Origin: an uncultured Planctomycetales bacterium
GTDB taxonomy: Bacteria > Omnitrophota > Gorgyraeia > Gygaellales > Profunditerraquicolaceae
Assembly: GCA_964487475.1 (NCBI GenBank)
Contig: CAZAPM010000001.1
Location: 76,374 to 122,085 of the forward strand
DNA length: 45,712 bases
Direction of reading: 5' to 3'
Both the position numbers and the translations under genes were made by a program. The notes under the pieces are model-generated. The model did no database searches, had not been told where the DNA came from, and worked only from the letters and a program-made list of their open reading frames with translations. Of the stretch, positions 19,595 to 29,559 are shown one piece after another; within the stretch, counting starts at the first letter, position 1; the number at the start of each line of letters is the position of its first letter.

Positions 19595-20377
19595 ATGAGG
19601 CGGGTGTTCGCAGTGGTCGCGGTGGCGGTGTTCTCTTTATGTTCCTTCGGGTTGGGCAAAGGTTTCGCTGCAGAGGAGTCTGGAGCATGCGAGGATTGCA
19701 AGCAGTTCCGGGGGATAGTACCTTCGGAGGAGCAGATTGCTTCCCGTCTTTCCTCAGCGGACCGGATGGTCGCATTCTCCGCCTACCGTCATTCGGATAC
19801 CACGATGTGCAAGAAAGCGCTCGATACCGAGGCATGTTACGATTCCGTGCAGCTTTTTGCCCTGATCGAGACCCTGGCCAAAGGGCGGTGCGATAATCTC
19901 CCCGTGCGTTACCGTGCGGATTACAAGCCGGTGTGCGAGGCGATTAAAAACAACTCTTGCGGGATCGTCGATGCAGGAGTGTTCCAGGATCTTTGCCAGG
20001 GTTTGGCGGCACGCAATCGGGACAGGATCGCTGCCGCTTTGCGCAACCCTCTTTATCCTGAGATCCCCAAGAACCCGGATGATATGGCCGACATGATCCT
20101 TAACCTGTATTCGGCTTATCGGGACGGGAAGAAGGCCTGCCCTCCGGGAAAGTCCCTCAATATAGTTATCAACGCTTCCTGCGATATGCTCTTCGGCTCG
20201 GCTGCGTTGACCAAACAGATCCCCGGGCTGGCAAAGGACATGCGGGTTGCGCTGCTGGCCAGGAACACGGAGAAGCCCGGCCTTTGTTCCGGTATCATTG
20301 ATCCGCACGTGAGGGCGGTGTGCCAGACAGGGAATTACGAGACCTTCGAACAGCTTTTGGATCAGCTCTGGTATTGA
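19595..20377 (+). CDS. Secreted Cys-rich protein (module 1)
   Basis: GGAGG RBS, Sec signal peptide, 12 Cys in the mature part including C-x11-C units. Confidence 0.75.
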   Translation: MRRVFAVVAVAVFSLCSFGLGKGFAAEESGACEDCKQFRGIVPSEEQIASRLSSADRMVAFSAYRHSDTTMCKKALDTEACYDSVQLFALIETLAKGRCDNLPVRYRADYKPVCEAIKNNSCGIVDAGVFQDLCQGLAARNRDRIAAALRNPLYPEIPKNPDDMADMILNLYSAYRDGKKACPPGKSLNIVINASCDMLFGSAALTKQIPGLAKDMRVALLARNTEKPGLCSGIIDPHVRAVCQTGNYETFEQLLDQLWY

Positions 20378-20410
20378 TTTCGCCGGTAATCTGCATGCAC
20401 CACGGGCAAT

Positions 20411-21622
20411 ATGACCAACAAAGTCGCGATCTATTTCACCCATAAGGAGAGCCTGGGGCATACCTCACGGGTGCGTGCGATTGTGACCGCGCTTATACGT
20501 ATGTACGGCCGCAAGGTGCGGGTGAGGGTGTTCCATGCGGGTAAGCCGCAGCGCTATATAAAGTTCCCCGATAACGTCGCCTGGGTGGACCTTCCTTCCC
20601 CGTACTTCAGCCGGGCATCATTTTATCAGCGCCGCGGCGGCAGCTGCGGGGAACATATGTATTATGCCCGGCAGCGCCAGGAAGTGATGCTGGCGTACCT
20701 GCGCAAGGACCCTCCGGACGTATTCGTCACCGAATTCTTCCCCTTTGGAAGGCAGGAATGCAGGTTCGAGCTTCTTCCGGTTATTTCGTATTTGAAGAAG
20801 GCAGGGGTAAGGATCTGCGCCTCGATTGGCTACCCGTTTATCGTACGGGACAGCCTGGCGGTGATGAAGGAGTATAACCGGTTATACGACCGTTTCCTCA
20901 TCCATACCCCGGAGGGCCTCGAAGAGCCGTTTTTAGCCGCATCCATCAGCCATCCTCCCTTAAGGGACGCGTACCGGGAAGTGCTTGCCTTGCTGTATCC
21001 TAAGACGACGTATACCGGATATATATTGCCGGTGTCCCCCGCTGCCGGAGAAAAAAAGCCGAAATATCCCCCATCAGGAAAAGGGAAAAAAATGGTGCTT
21101 GTCAGCAGGGGAGGGGGGGTGATCTATCCTAAGATAATCACCCACGCGATCCTGGCAGCCGCGCGTATCGGGGATGAAGCGGATTTTTCGGTGCTCAGCG
21201 GCCCGTCCACCAGTAAGAGCGAACTTGCGGTGTTCACCCGTCTTATCCGCAGCCTGAAGAAGCGACGCTGCACATTCTCTTTATACAGGGATGATTTCCC
21301 TGGGCAGCTTGCCGGCGCGGATGTTTCCGTGAGCATGGCCGGATACAATACCGCGGTGCAGCTATTGCGTTGGGGGACGCCTTCGGTGCTGGTCCCTTCA
21401 GGAGTGGATCCGGAGGTTTCCCAGGGGTACTGCAGCGAACAGTTGAGCCGTGCCGAATTGCTGCGCACGCGCCTTCCCTCCCGTGTGCTGGAATATAATC
21501 ATCTGACCGCGGAGGGTATGGAGTGTGCCATACGCGAGATGCTGAAAAAAAAGAGAGTGGCGCCCGCGCCCGCGGCTTGGTTCGAAGGCGCGCAGCGTAC
21601 CGCGGGGATACTCGCCCAATGA
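20411..21622 (+). CDS. GT-B glycosyltransferase (COG4671/GT28 C-terminal-like)
   Basis: SLGHTSR, VTEFFPFGR..RFEL, VLVSRGGG, ADVSVSMAGYNT, EQLSRA. Confidence 0.8.
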   Translation: MTNKVAIYFTHKESLGHTSRVRAIVTALIRMYGRKVRVRVFHAGKPQRYIKFPDNVAWVDLPSPYFSRASFYQRRGGSCGEHMYYARQRQEVMLAYLRKDPPDVFVTEFFPFGRQECRFELLPVISYLKKAGVRICASIGYPFIVRDSLAVMKEYNRLYDRFLIHTPEGLEEPFLAASISHPPLRDAYREVLALLYPKTTYTGYILPVSPAAGEKKPKYPPSGKGKKMVLVSRGGGVIYPKIITHAILAAARIGDEADFSVLSGPSTSKSELAVFTRLIRSLKKRRCTFSLYRDDFPGQLAGADVSVSMAGYNTAVQLLRWGTPSVLVPSGVDPEVSQGYCSEQLSRAELLRTRLPSRVLEYNHLTAEGMECAIREMLKKKRVAPAPAAWFEGAQRTAGILAQ

Positions 21623-22734
21623 AGGTAAGGATAGAGAACAATCGGTCTGACAAAGTGTTGCTTAAGAAGTGCCTGCAGGAGCTGGAATCCGCCGTAGTGC
21701 AGGCGCAGGGCCTCAACGACCTTGACCGGTACCGCCAGGGTTTCGAAGCGCAGTTTGCATCCTATGTGGGAGCCGCGCATGCCCGCGCGGTGAATTCCGG
21801 CACCGATGCGTTGCATCTTGCTTTGCTGGCGCTGGGAGTCGGGGCGGGACATGAGGTCCTCGTTCCCGATGTCACGTACGTATCCACGGCGCTGGCGGTC
21901 CGCTTCGCGGGCGCAACCCCGGTATACGTGGATGTGCGCGGCGCCGATCTCACCCTCGATACCAGGCTCCTGGAGCGCGCCCTGACGCCCCGCACCAAGG
22001 CCGTCATGGCGGTGCATATGTTCGGCAATCCCTGCGCCATGACCGAGCTATCTAAATTCGCGAAGGCGCACCGTCTCCTGGTCGTCGAGGATTGCTGCCA
22101 GGCATTGGGCAGCAGGCTGGGGCCAAAGTCCGTCGGCAGTTTTTCCGATGCTGCGGCGTTCAGTTTTTCGTATTACAAGCCCCTGTCTTCGCTTTCCGGA
22201 AACGGAGGGATGGTGGTCTGCCGGCAGGCTCGTACCGCGGAGAGGATCGATGCCCTGCTGAATTTCTGGAAGCTCGATCCCCTGATCGCTGGTGCGGGGA
22301 GGAAATTTCATAAGATCGCCCTGCCTGATCTGGCGACGGTCAAAGTGAAGTTTTCCATACTGGAGGCGATCATCGCCAGCCGTGAGAAGTCCAGCCGCCG
22401 TTATGAGAAGGGCCTGCGGGGGCTGCGTGCCGTGAGCGTTCCCTCCCGCAGTCGGGAGGCGGTTACGGTGAAGGAGAATTTCCTCGTGTTCTGCGCTCAG
22501 AGGGACCGTCTGCGCAACGCCCTGGCCCGGCAGGGCATCGATACGGACCTGCCGTATGAACCGGTGCACCGTGCGGCATGCTGTGCCGATCCTTTGGCAT
22601 CTGACCGGTCGTTCCCCGAGGCGATGCGTTATTTCCGGGAGGGTTTACATCTTCCATTGTACTCTTTCATGCGGGACGACGAATGTGACAGCGTGATCCG
22701 TTCGGTGGTCTCGTTCGCACAAGGCATCCGATAG
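21619..22734 (+). CDS. DegT/DnrJ/EryC1/StrS family PLP aminotransferase
   Basis: VNSGTDALHLAL, TKAVMAVHMFG, VVEDCCQALG, FSFSYYKPL (PLP Lys), LHLPLY. Confidence 0.9.
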   Translation: MKVRIENNRSDKVLLKKCLQELESAVVQAQGLNDLDRYRQGFEAQFASYVGAAHARAVNSGTDALHLALLALGVGAGHEVLVPDVTYVSTALAVRFAGATPVYVDVRGADLTLDTRLLERALTPRTKAVMAVHMFGNPCAMTELSKFAKAHRLLVVEDCCQALGSRLGPKSVGSFSDAAAFSFSYYKPLSSLSGNGGMVVCRQARTAERIDALLNFWKLDPLIAGAGRKFHKIALPDLATVKVKFSILEAIIASREKSSRRYEKGLRGLRAVSVPSRSREAVTVKENFLVFCAQRDRLRNALARQGIDTDLPYEPVHRAACCADPLASDRSFPEAMRYFREGLHLPLYSFMRDDECDSVIRSVVSFAQGIR

Positions 22735-22750
22735 CCGCGCATCTCCCAGC

Positions 22751-24448
22751 ATGCACTACTACTTTTTCCGTGACGACGACGTTGTGGCTCCCGACCGCGC
22801 CTTCCTGGCGTTCTTCCGCCTGGGACTGCGATACCGCATTCCCGTGGTCTATGGGGTCGTCCCGGGGAAGGCTACTGTGGAGCTTATCGCATTCCTTTCC
22901 CGGCAGAAGAAACTGCATCCCGGGCTAATCGATATTGCGCTGCACGGATGGACCCATGCCGATCACGGCAGCGGCAAGAGCGGGAAGAAGTATGAATTCG
23001 GGCCGCAGCGCTCGTACCAGCAGCAGCGGCAGGATATACTGCAGGGATGGGCCGCACTGTACCGTTATTTCGGGAAGGATACCGCGCCGGTGTTTATACC
23101 GCCTTTTCACGGGTTCGACCTGAACACGTACCGCATCATCGGCAGCCTGGCGTACAGGCACGCGGTGAAGATCTTCAGCGCGGGAAACCGTACCGGTTTC
23201 CAGGGAGCGGCGCTGCTTGATATCCCGGCACAAGTCTCGGTGGCGCCCGGAAAGGGAGCGGCGGATTTCTCTTCGGAGCTCGGCAGGCAGATTGTGCACG
23301 CCCGCCGGCAGGGGCCGGTCACGGGGATCCTGTTCCACCATGCTACCTATGCCCCGCGTGACCTGGAGCGGATCGGCAGGCTGTTCCGGTCTTTGCGCGC
23401 GGGGAGAGGTTCCCGCTGCATCCTGCTTTCGCAGCTGGCAGGCCGGGACCAACGGCTCAAGTTGGACCTTACATGTATGCTGACCACCAGATGCAACTAC
23501 CGCTGCCGGTATTGCACGATCTGGAAGGGAGAGGCGCTGGACCTCCCTTATACGAAATTCAAAGGAGCGCTTACCGCATTCCTGATGCGTTTCCGGCTGG
23601 GGTCCATATCCTTGACCGGAGGCGAACCGCTGCTCTATCCCCGGATAGGTGAGCTGTTGACATTCCTGGAGGGCAGGAAAAAGAAGGGAGATATCGATGA
23701 GATCGGGATCTTCACCAATGCCAGTGTACCCGGAAGATTGATCTCCCTGCTGAAAAAGGTGAATCCCGATCCACGGGGTTTTGAAGTGGGGATCAGCCTC
23801 GACGGTCTGGCCCCTACGCATGAGCGGGTGCGGGGGACGCCGCTGGCATTCCGCAGCGCGGAGGCCGCGCTCGATGCTTTGAAAAAGCATTTCCCCGCGC
23901 TGCGCGTGTCGGTGAAATATACCATTTCCCCGGAATCGTACCGGGACCTGGCCGCGGTGTACGCATTCAGCCGCGGGAAAGGAGCGGATTTCGTCCCTAA
24001 ATTCGCGGAGTCCGGCGCGCAGCATTATTATCACCGGATCCCGCTCGAGCCCGGGACGCAGACCGGGTTTACTCCTTCCCAGCGCGCAGAGGTGAAGAGA
24101 CAACTGGCCGAGGTCAGGGCGAAGGATGCGGGATCAGCCAGACGTTTCTGTGATGAACGCGCGTTGCGGGCTCTGGAGATCTTTCTGGACAAGGGTGAAA
24201 AGTCGGTCACCTGCTGTTCTACCCCGGCATTCTCCTGTTTTATCACGGCGCAAGGCATGGTGCATCCGTGCATTTACCAGCCCGCCGTCGCGGATATCGC
24301 GGATAAGGGATGGCCGGACAAGCTTTATGGCCAGGGGCATGCCGCGCACATCACCCGGGGCCTGCGGGGGACGTGCCCGAAATGTTTCTCGTACCATGGA
24401 TACCTGAACCAAGGCAATCTGGAAGGATACCTCTCCGCTCATGCCTGA
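22751..24448 (+). CDS. Polysaccharide deacetylase-like domain fused to a radical SAM/twitch domain
   Basis: N-terminal FRDDD, IALHGWTH, FIPPFH, LFHH (NodB/CE4-like), then CNYRCRYC, LTGGEP, ISLDG, and CST...VHPC...CPKC. Confidence 0.8.
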   Translation: MHYYFFRDDDVVAPDRAFLAFFRLGLRYRIPVVYGVVPGKATVELIAFLSRQKKLHPGLIDIALHGWTHADHGSGKSGKKYEFGPQRSYQQQRQDILQGWAALYRYFGKDTAPVFIPPFHGFDLNTYRIIGSLAYRHAVKIFSAGNRTGFQGAALLDIPAQVSVAPGKGAADFSSELGRQIVHARRQGPVTGILFHHATYAPRDLERIGRLFRSLRAGRGSRCILLSQLAGRDQRLKLDLTCMLTTRCNYRCRYCTIWKGEALDLPYTKFKGALTAFLMRFRLGSISLTGGEPLLYPRIGELLTFLEGRKKKGDIDEIGIFTNASVPGRLISLLKKVNPDPRGFEVGISLDGLAPTHERVRGTPLAFRSAEAALDALKKHFPALRVSVKYTISPESYRDLAAVYAFSRGKGADFVPKFAESGAQHYYHRIPLEPGTQTGFTPSQRAEVKRQLAEVRAKDAGSARRFCDERALRALEIFLDKGEKSVTCCSTPAFSCFITAQGMVHPCIYQPAVADIADKGWPDKLYGQGHAAHITRGLRGTCPKCFSYHGYLNQGNLEGYLSAHA

Positions 24449-25601
24449 GCTTCATGCGTTGCGATTTCCCGAATCCGTATTGATCGACCTGGTGAATACC
24501 TGCAATTACTCCTGCCGGTTCTGCTGGTATCATTTCGATCCGCGTGTCCAGTTCCTGCGTACGTTCAAGGGAGTTCCGTACCATTTTCCCGCGGAGGTCG
24601 TCAAGCGCGTGCTGCATGAGCTTTCCGGGCTGAACCGCCGGGTCAATGTCACTTTTACCAGTGAAGGCGAACCTACGCTGCATCCTCAGCTCGGGTCTAT
24701 CCTGGATGAGGCGGTCTCCTGCGGGCTGGATGCCGGTGTGCAGACGAACGGGACGTTCCCCGTGAGATTGCGGCCTGCGATCTCACGTGTGGCCCGCGTC
24801 GACTGCAATATAAGCGCGTTGACCAAGAGGACCTTTACGGCGCTCAATCCTAAGTCTAAAAACCTTACTGCGACGGCCATTTCCAATATCCGGTATCTCA
24901 GCGGCCTGTCGCGGCATCCGGTCCTGACTTTGGTCTTCATCGTTACCCGGCAGAACCTTTCCGACCTGGTGCGTCTGCCGGAGTTCTGTAACCGGCTGGG
25001 GGTGGACAAGGTGTTTTTGAAGCTTTGCGAGATCGTATATCCGTACAACAAAGAACTGATGCTTTCCAAAAAAGACGCGATCGGCGTAGCGAGGCTTTTG
25101 ACGCAGCAGAGAGACAGGTGCCGGTTCACGCATAATTTTGACGAAGTGGTCAAGGATATCCTTTTCGGGTACCGCGGGGAGGAGGAGTTCAAGGATAACC
25201 CCGTTCTACACGACCTCGATTTCTGTTGGAAAGAATGGAAAACAAAGGCTTCCCGCATCCCGTGGTGCGAAAGCGATTACGTGTACCGTACTCCAGGGAT
25301 CAAGGCCTGCACCAACCCTCTGCGGTACCTGTACCTGCGTCTCGACGGAAGCGTATATACCTGTCCGCGAAACTCATGGATCGACCCGGTAGGAAACGTA
25401 TTCGATTCCACGCTGCCGCAGATCCTGAAGGGGGACAAATACCGTGCGTTCGTCAAGGACGCGCTTTTTTCCTTCGATATCGCCGAGCCTCGCTGGCGGC
25501 GCTGCAAGAACTGTCCTTTTGAGAAAGACCATCTGCGGGTGATGGAGCACTTGCGTCGGCATGCCCCGGGAGTGCTGCGGAGGATGCTGTGCCGGAAATG
25601 A
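24441..25601 (+). CDS. Radical SAM protein with twitch/SPASM-like C-terminus
   Basis: TCNYSCRFC, EGEPTLHP, QTNG, CTNP...DGSVYTC...VGNV...CKNCP. Confidence 0.85.
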   Translation: MPELHALRFPESVLIDLVNTCNYSCRFCWYHFDPRVQFLRTFKGVPYHFPAEVVKRVLHELSGLNRRVNVTFTSEGEPTLHPQLGSILDEAVSCGLDAGVQTNGTFPVRLRPAISRVARVDCNISALTKRTFTALNPKSKNLTATAISNIRYLSGLSRHPVLTLVFIVTRQNLSDLVRLPEFCNRLGVDKVFLKLCEIVYPYNKELMLSKKDAIGVARLLTQQRDRCRFTHNFDEVVKDILFGYRGEEEFKDNPVLHDLDFCWKEWKTKASRIPWCESDYVYRTPGIKACTNPLRYLYLRLDGSVYTCPRNSWIDPVGNVFDSTLPQILKGDKYRAFVKDALFSFDIAEPRWRRCKNCPFEKDHLRVMEHLRRHAPGVLRRMLCRK

Positions 25602-26617
25602 TGGAAGCCTGCCGGGTCCTGCCGCGTCTTCCTTTGAGCAGCGTATGGGTGTTCCTTTCCGATATCTGTAACCTGCGCTGCCGGTACTGTTTTTTCAAGT
25701 ACCGTACGCACGCCAGGAAGCTGGAAGTCAAGCGTTTGCGGCCCTTGTTCTCGCTGCTTCCTGCGCATAAAAGGGTGGATGTGGTGATCTCCGGAGGCGA
25801 GCCGCTGCTTACCTGGGCCGCGGCGAAGGAACTGGTCCTTACTGCCCGCGCGTTCCTTCGGCGCCCGGCGTTCATCCTGGAAAGCAACGGGATCCTGCTG
25901 GATAAAGGGAAGATCGCGTTCCTGAAGCAGCACAGGGTTAAGGTCGAGCTGGGGGTGGACGGAGGGTATGAGACAACCAGCCGTTTCCGCAGAGGGCTGA
26001 CCCGTGATGCCTTTGCCCGAATGGTGCGCAACATCGCCGCCTTGCGTTCAGCGGGCATCGAGCTGAGCCCTACCATGACGGTGCATCCCGAGAGTGCCGC
26101 CGGGATGTTCGAGGATTTCCGTTATCTGGTTTCGCTGGGGTTGTACGCTATCGACGTGCACCCGGCGTTGTTCGAGGCCTGGGACGAGGGATCCGCTGCG
26201 GAGTTCGTCCGTGGTTATCGCAGGATAGCCAGCTTCGCGCTGCGCTGCGACCGTCGGGTGCTGAACCCCTCCTACAGCAGGCCGTTGCCTCTTTCCCTGG
26301 ACCTGATCGTCGAACCCGGCGGGGATATCCTTCCCAATTGGGTGTATTTGTGCGTGCCGCAGGAAGTGCGGCAGGAGTATTATTACGGCCGGGTGGGAGC
26401 GCAGGGGGTGGAGTTCTTTCCCGAGAAGCTGCGGTTCATCCTGGGTCATTACCGCCGTTGGTTCCGCCGCCCCGTTTCGTACGGGGAAGTCAGTAATCTG
26501 AATCTGCAATTGCTCTCCCGGGTGCATGGAAAGGGCGTGCTTTTTCCGGGAGTGGACGCATATCTGCGGATATGGAAAACGATGAAGAAACTGGATGCGC
26601 TTTTGACCGATGCCTGA
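25598..26617 (+). CDS. Radical SAM protein (no recognisable auxiliary-cluster Cys motif)
   Basis: ICNLRCRYC, SGGEPLL, ESNG, GVDGG; the SPASM-position segment VEPGGDILPNW lacks the usual Cys. Confidence 0.82.
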   Translation: MMEACRVLPRLPLSSVWVFLSDICNLRCRYCFFKYRTHARKLEVKRLRPLFSLLPAHKRVDVVISGGEPLLTWAAAKELVLTARAFLRRPAFILESNGILLDKGKIAFLKQHRVKVELGVDGGYETTSRFRRGLTRDAFARMVRNIAALRSAGIELSPTMTVHPESAAGMFEDFRYLVSLGLYAIDVHPALFEAWDEGSAAEFVRGYRRIASFALRCDRRVLNPSYSRPLPLSLDLIVEPGGDILPNWVYLCVPQEVRQEYYYGRVGAQGVEFFPEKLRFILGHYRRWFRRPVSYGEVSNLNLQLLSRVHGKGVLFPGVDAYLRIWKTMKKLDALLTDA

Positions 26618-27593
26618 GACCGTGCTGAAAAAATATTCCCGCCGTTATCTTTCGCCCATGGCGCAGCTGTGGTACGAGAACGGATTCCTTAAAGGCGCGG
26701 ATAAAACCGCGATCGAGAAGCACTTGCGCTGGAAATACCGGGAGGGAGCCTCTGAAGTGTGGATGGCTCTCCGGTCGTCTCGGGCAGTCGCCAGCTGCGG
26801 GGTGTTGATCTCCCGCGGTCTGGTCCTGGGAAAGCACGCAGCCCGGTGCAACTGGGGGATGGATTCCTTAAGCGACCGGACGGTGCAGCGCGATCCCGCG
26901 TCGTGGTTCGTGTTCCCGATGGTGTTCAGGCGTTCGTTTGCCTCCGTCAACGTACCGCGTTCTCTGTGCATCTGCTTCCCTCAGCCGCATGTGCGCGATG
27001 CGTACCTGGCCAGCGGCTGGACTGCGTACGGGCATTTCGAGCAGTGGGTGTGCGCGGACCGGGCATTGGGGCCGGGCACAGTATCTTCGGTGCGTTTCAT
27101 CCCGGTCAAGAAGTTCTCTCCCGGTTGGGACAGGGCGTTTCGCGCCTGCTCTGCCACGTATGCGTTGGCGAACCTCAAGACCGCGCAGTACTTGAACTGG
27201 CGTTTCGTCCGCCGGCCGGGCTATCCCGCGTTCCCTTTTTGCGCTTTCAGACGGGGACGGCCCTGCGGGTTCGGGGTGCTTGAGGTCGCGGGCAGGGGAC
27301 GGGATAAGGAATTGATCGTGGCGGATTACCTCTTTGCGCACGATGACCGGGAGGGGTTGCAGGCGCTGCTGGAACTCTCGAGACGCTTTGCCGGGCGGCT
27401 GGGGATCCCCAGGGTAACCCTGGCCACTTCCTGTGCCGGGCATAAGACTATCCTTCGGGAGAGCGGTTTTTCCTTTGGCCAGCGCATCGATCTGTTGTAT
27501 CATATTCGCGAACGCGCATGGGAAAGAAAGCTTCTTCCCCTGGCCCCGCGCTGGCTCATTACCGCGGGCGACGGGGATTATCGTACGGAGTGA
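26610..27593 (+). CDS. GNAT-family acyltransferase (double-GNAT-like)
   Basis: HLRWKY, ICFP...AYLASGW, YLNWRF..RP..Y, LRESGF, terminal GDGD. Confidence 0.6.
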   Translation: MPETVLKKYSRRYLSPMAQLWYENGFLKGADKTAIEKHLRWKYREGASEVWMALRSSRAVASCGVLISRGLVLGKHAARCNWGMDSLSDRTVQRDPASWFVFPMVFRRSFASVNVPRSLCICFPQPHVRDAYLASGWTAYGHFEQWVCADRALGPGTVSSVRFIPVKKFSPGWDRAFRACSATYALANLKTAQYLNWRFVRRPGYPAFPFCAFRRGRPCGFGVLEVAGRGRDKELIVADYLFAHDDREGLQALLELSRRFAGRLGIPRVTLATSCAGHKTILRESGFSFGQRIDLLYHIRERAWERKLLPLAPRWLITAGDGDYRTE

Positions 27594-27597
27594 TCGC

Positions 27598-28698
27598 ATG
27601 AAAGCGGTGTATCTGGAATCGTCGGGGTTCAAATGCGAGAGCAACGCTTACCTGAGCTCGCAGATCATCATTTTCCTGAAGCATCATGGTTACCGGATGG
27701 TGGATTCCGCGATGCAGGCCGATTACATCGTGCTTACCACCTGCGGGTTCCGGGTGCAGGAGATGGAGCATGCGTATGCCATCGCCCGCAAGTACGGGGA
27801 CGCGTATCCCTCCAAGACCCTGATCGTCTCAGGTTGTGCGGTGGATACTTACCCGCTTTTTCGCAGCGACCCGCAGATGCGCTGTGTCGGGCCGAGGGAA
27901 CTCGCGGAGTTCGACCGGATCTTCGCGGCCAAACGGTCTTTGACGACCTTTACCGCCAACGAGATCGAAGCCCGTTTTTTTGACGAGGACAAAGGATCGC
28001 GTTTCTGGATCCAGATCGGGCAGGGGTGTGTGAATAATTGCGCCTATTGCGCCATCAAGAAGGCCAAACAAGGTCCGGCCAGCAAGCCTATACCCGAGAT
28101 ACTTGAGGAAGTGCGCCGGGGTGTGGCGCAGGGCAAGGGGGACCTGGTGCTATTGGCGGACGACTGCGGGAGCTACGGTGCGGATATAGGCTGCGATACC
28201 GCGGATTTGCTGCAGGCGCTGGCGCACCTTCCGGAGTTGCGGGGATCGCGCAGCCGGGTGTATCTTAATGCGTTCGAGCCGGGAAGGCTCTTGAAGCTGT
28301 TCCCCCGGATGAAGGAGGCGCTGGCCGCGGGGATCATCGGGCACATGGATATCGACATCCAGTCCGGGTCGGACAGGCTGGTGGCGCAGATGAACCGGCG
28401 GTACAAGGTGGCGCAGGTGCTCGAAACCGTGTCGCAGATACGCGAGCTCGCTCCGCGGACCACGCTGAGCACGGAGATGATCTTTGCCCTGCCCGGTGAG
28501 ACCCGCCGGGAGTTCGCGCAGTCGATACAGGCGGCGCTGCACTTTAATGACGCGCTGTTCCTGAAATATTCACCCTGTCCGGGCACGCCCATGGCTGACC
28601 GCACCGGAAGGCTGGATGAGGATGAGGTCGGCTACAGGATCGCAGTATTGAAAAAACTCGCGGTAACCACAGGATACAGATGCGTATATCATCTGTAA
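27598..28698 (+). CDS. MiaB/RimO-like methylthiotransferase-family radical SAM lacking TRAM (copy 1)
   Basis: UPF0004-like KCESN/LTTCG/VSGC, IQIGQGCVNNCAYC, IQSGS...MNRRY, ALPGET; ends before a TRAM domain. Confidence 0.82.
   Translation: MKAVYLESSGFKCESNAYLSSQIIIFLKHHGYRMVDSAMQADYIVLTTCGFRVQEMEHAYAIARKYGDAYPSKTLIVSGCAVDTYPLFRSDPQMRCVGPRELAEFDRIFAAKRSLTTFTANEIEARFFDEDKGSRFWIQIGQGCVNNCAYCAIKKAKQGPASKPIPEILEEVRRGVAQGKGDLVLLADDCGSYGADIGCDTADLLQALAHLPELRGSRSRVYLNAFEPGRLLKLFPRMKEALAAGIIGHMDIDIQSGSDRLVAQMNRRYKVAQVLETVSQIRELAPRTTLSTEMIFALPGETRREFAQSIQAALHFNDALFLKYSPCPGTPMADRTGRLDEDEVGYRIAVLKKLAVTTGYRCVYHL
28147..28605 (+). repeat. 459-bp exact direct repeat, copy 1
   Basis: Identical by eye to 30857-31315 (offset 2710), from GTGCTATTGGCGGAC to GCTGACCGCACC. 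Confidence 0.92.
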
Positions 28699-28707
28699 TC
28701 GCAGGCC

Positions 28708-29559
28708 ATGTATTTCGAGCGTGAAAGACGGTTGGTGGAAGGGTTCCTTTCCCGGCACCTCAAGGGAACGTACCGGGTGCGGCTGCGCAAGGCGGTATTC
28801 TGGAAATACGTCTATCAGGTAGACACGAAAAACGGGCCGTGTATCCTCAAGGCGTCATATGCGGATCCTTGCGCCAGTGCGGTGTACAGGGAATGGCAGG
28901 CTTTCCGGCTGTTGCGTCGGCACTCCCTGGAGCTTGTTCCCGAGGTGATGCGTTATGAACGGCTGCGGGGAGTGGATTTCATCCTGCAGCGTTTCATCCC
29001 GGCTGTTCCCGTGCATGATCCGGCAGTGCTGGCGCGCTCGGTAGGGGAGTACCACGCCATCAAAGGACGCAGCAGGCGCGTGGACGGGATGGAGTTCGCG
29101 CGGGGAGTGCTCGCGGATATCTCGCTGGCATTCTCTTATGGGAGTGCCAGCGATGCCGATGCGAGGCTGCCGGGTTTGATCGACGCGGCACTTACCCGCG
29201 CCGCGGCGAAGATAGCCGCGGCAAAAAAGTACCTGCGCCGGCCTGTGGCGAGCGTGTTTATCAATGGTGACCTCGATCATGATTTTTTCACTCAGCAGGG
29301 CCGAATCTACATCATTGACTGGCATACCAGCGGATACGGCGATCCGGCGTGGGACGTGGCCAGGATCTGCGGCGCGTATCCCCTCGCGGCAGCGGGTTTT
29401 TTGAAGGCATACCGCACTCCTGCCGCTGATCCTTATTTCATGGAACGCGTGAAGGTGTACAGCGATTTGAACCGCCTGCTGACGGTTGCCGGGTCATTTT
29501 TCCAGCCTCGCGCTCCCGTGACCGGGGTGGTCTTGAAAGGGCTCTCGGAATACCTATGA
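28708..29559 (+). CDS. APH/choline-kinase-like phosphotransferase
   Basis: ILK, REWQAF, LVPEV, Brenner-like FINGDL, IIDWH, GDPAWD. Confidence 0.8.
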   Translation: MYFERERRLVEGFLSRHLKGTYRVRLRKAVFWKYVYQVDTKNGPCILKASYADPCASAVYREWQAFRLLRRHSLELVPEVMRYERLRGVDFILQRFIPAVPVHDPAVLARSVGEYHAIKGRSRRVDGMEFARGVLADISLAFSYGSASDADARLPGLIDAALTRAAAKIAAAKKYLRRPVASVFINGDLDHDFFTQQGRIYIIDWHTSGYGDPAWDVARICGAYPLAAAGFLKAYRTPAADPYFMERVKVYSDLNRLLTVAGSFFQPRAPVTGVVLKGLSEYL

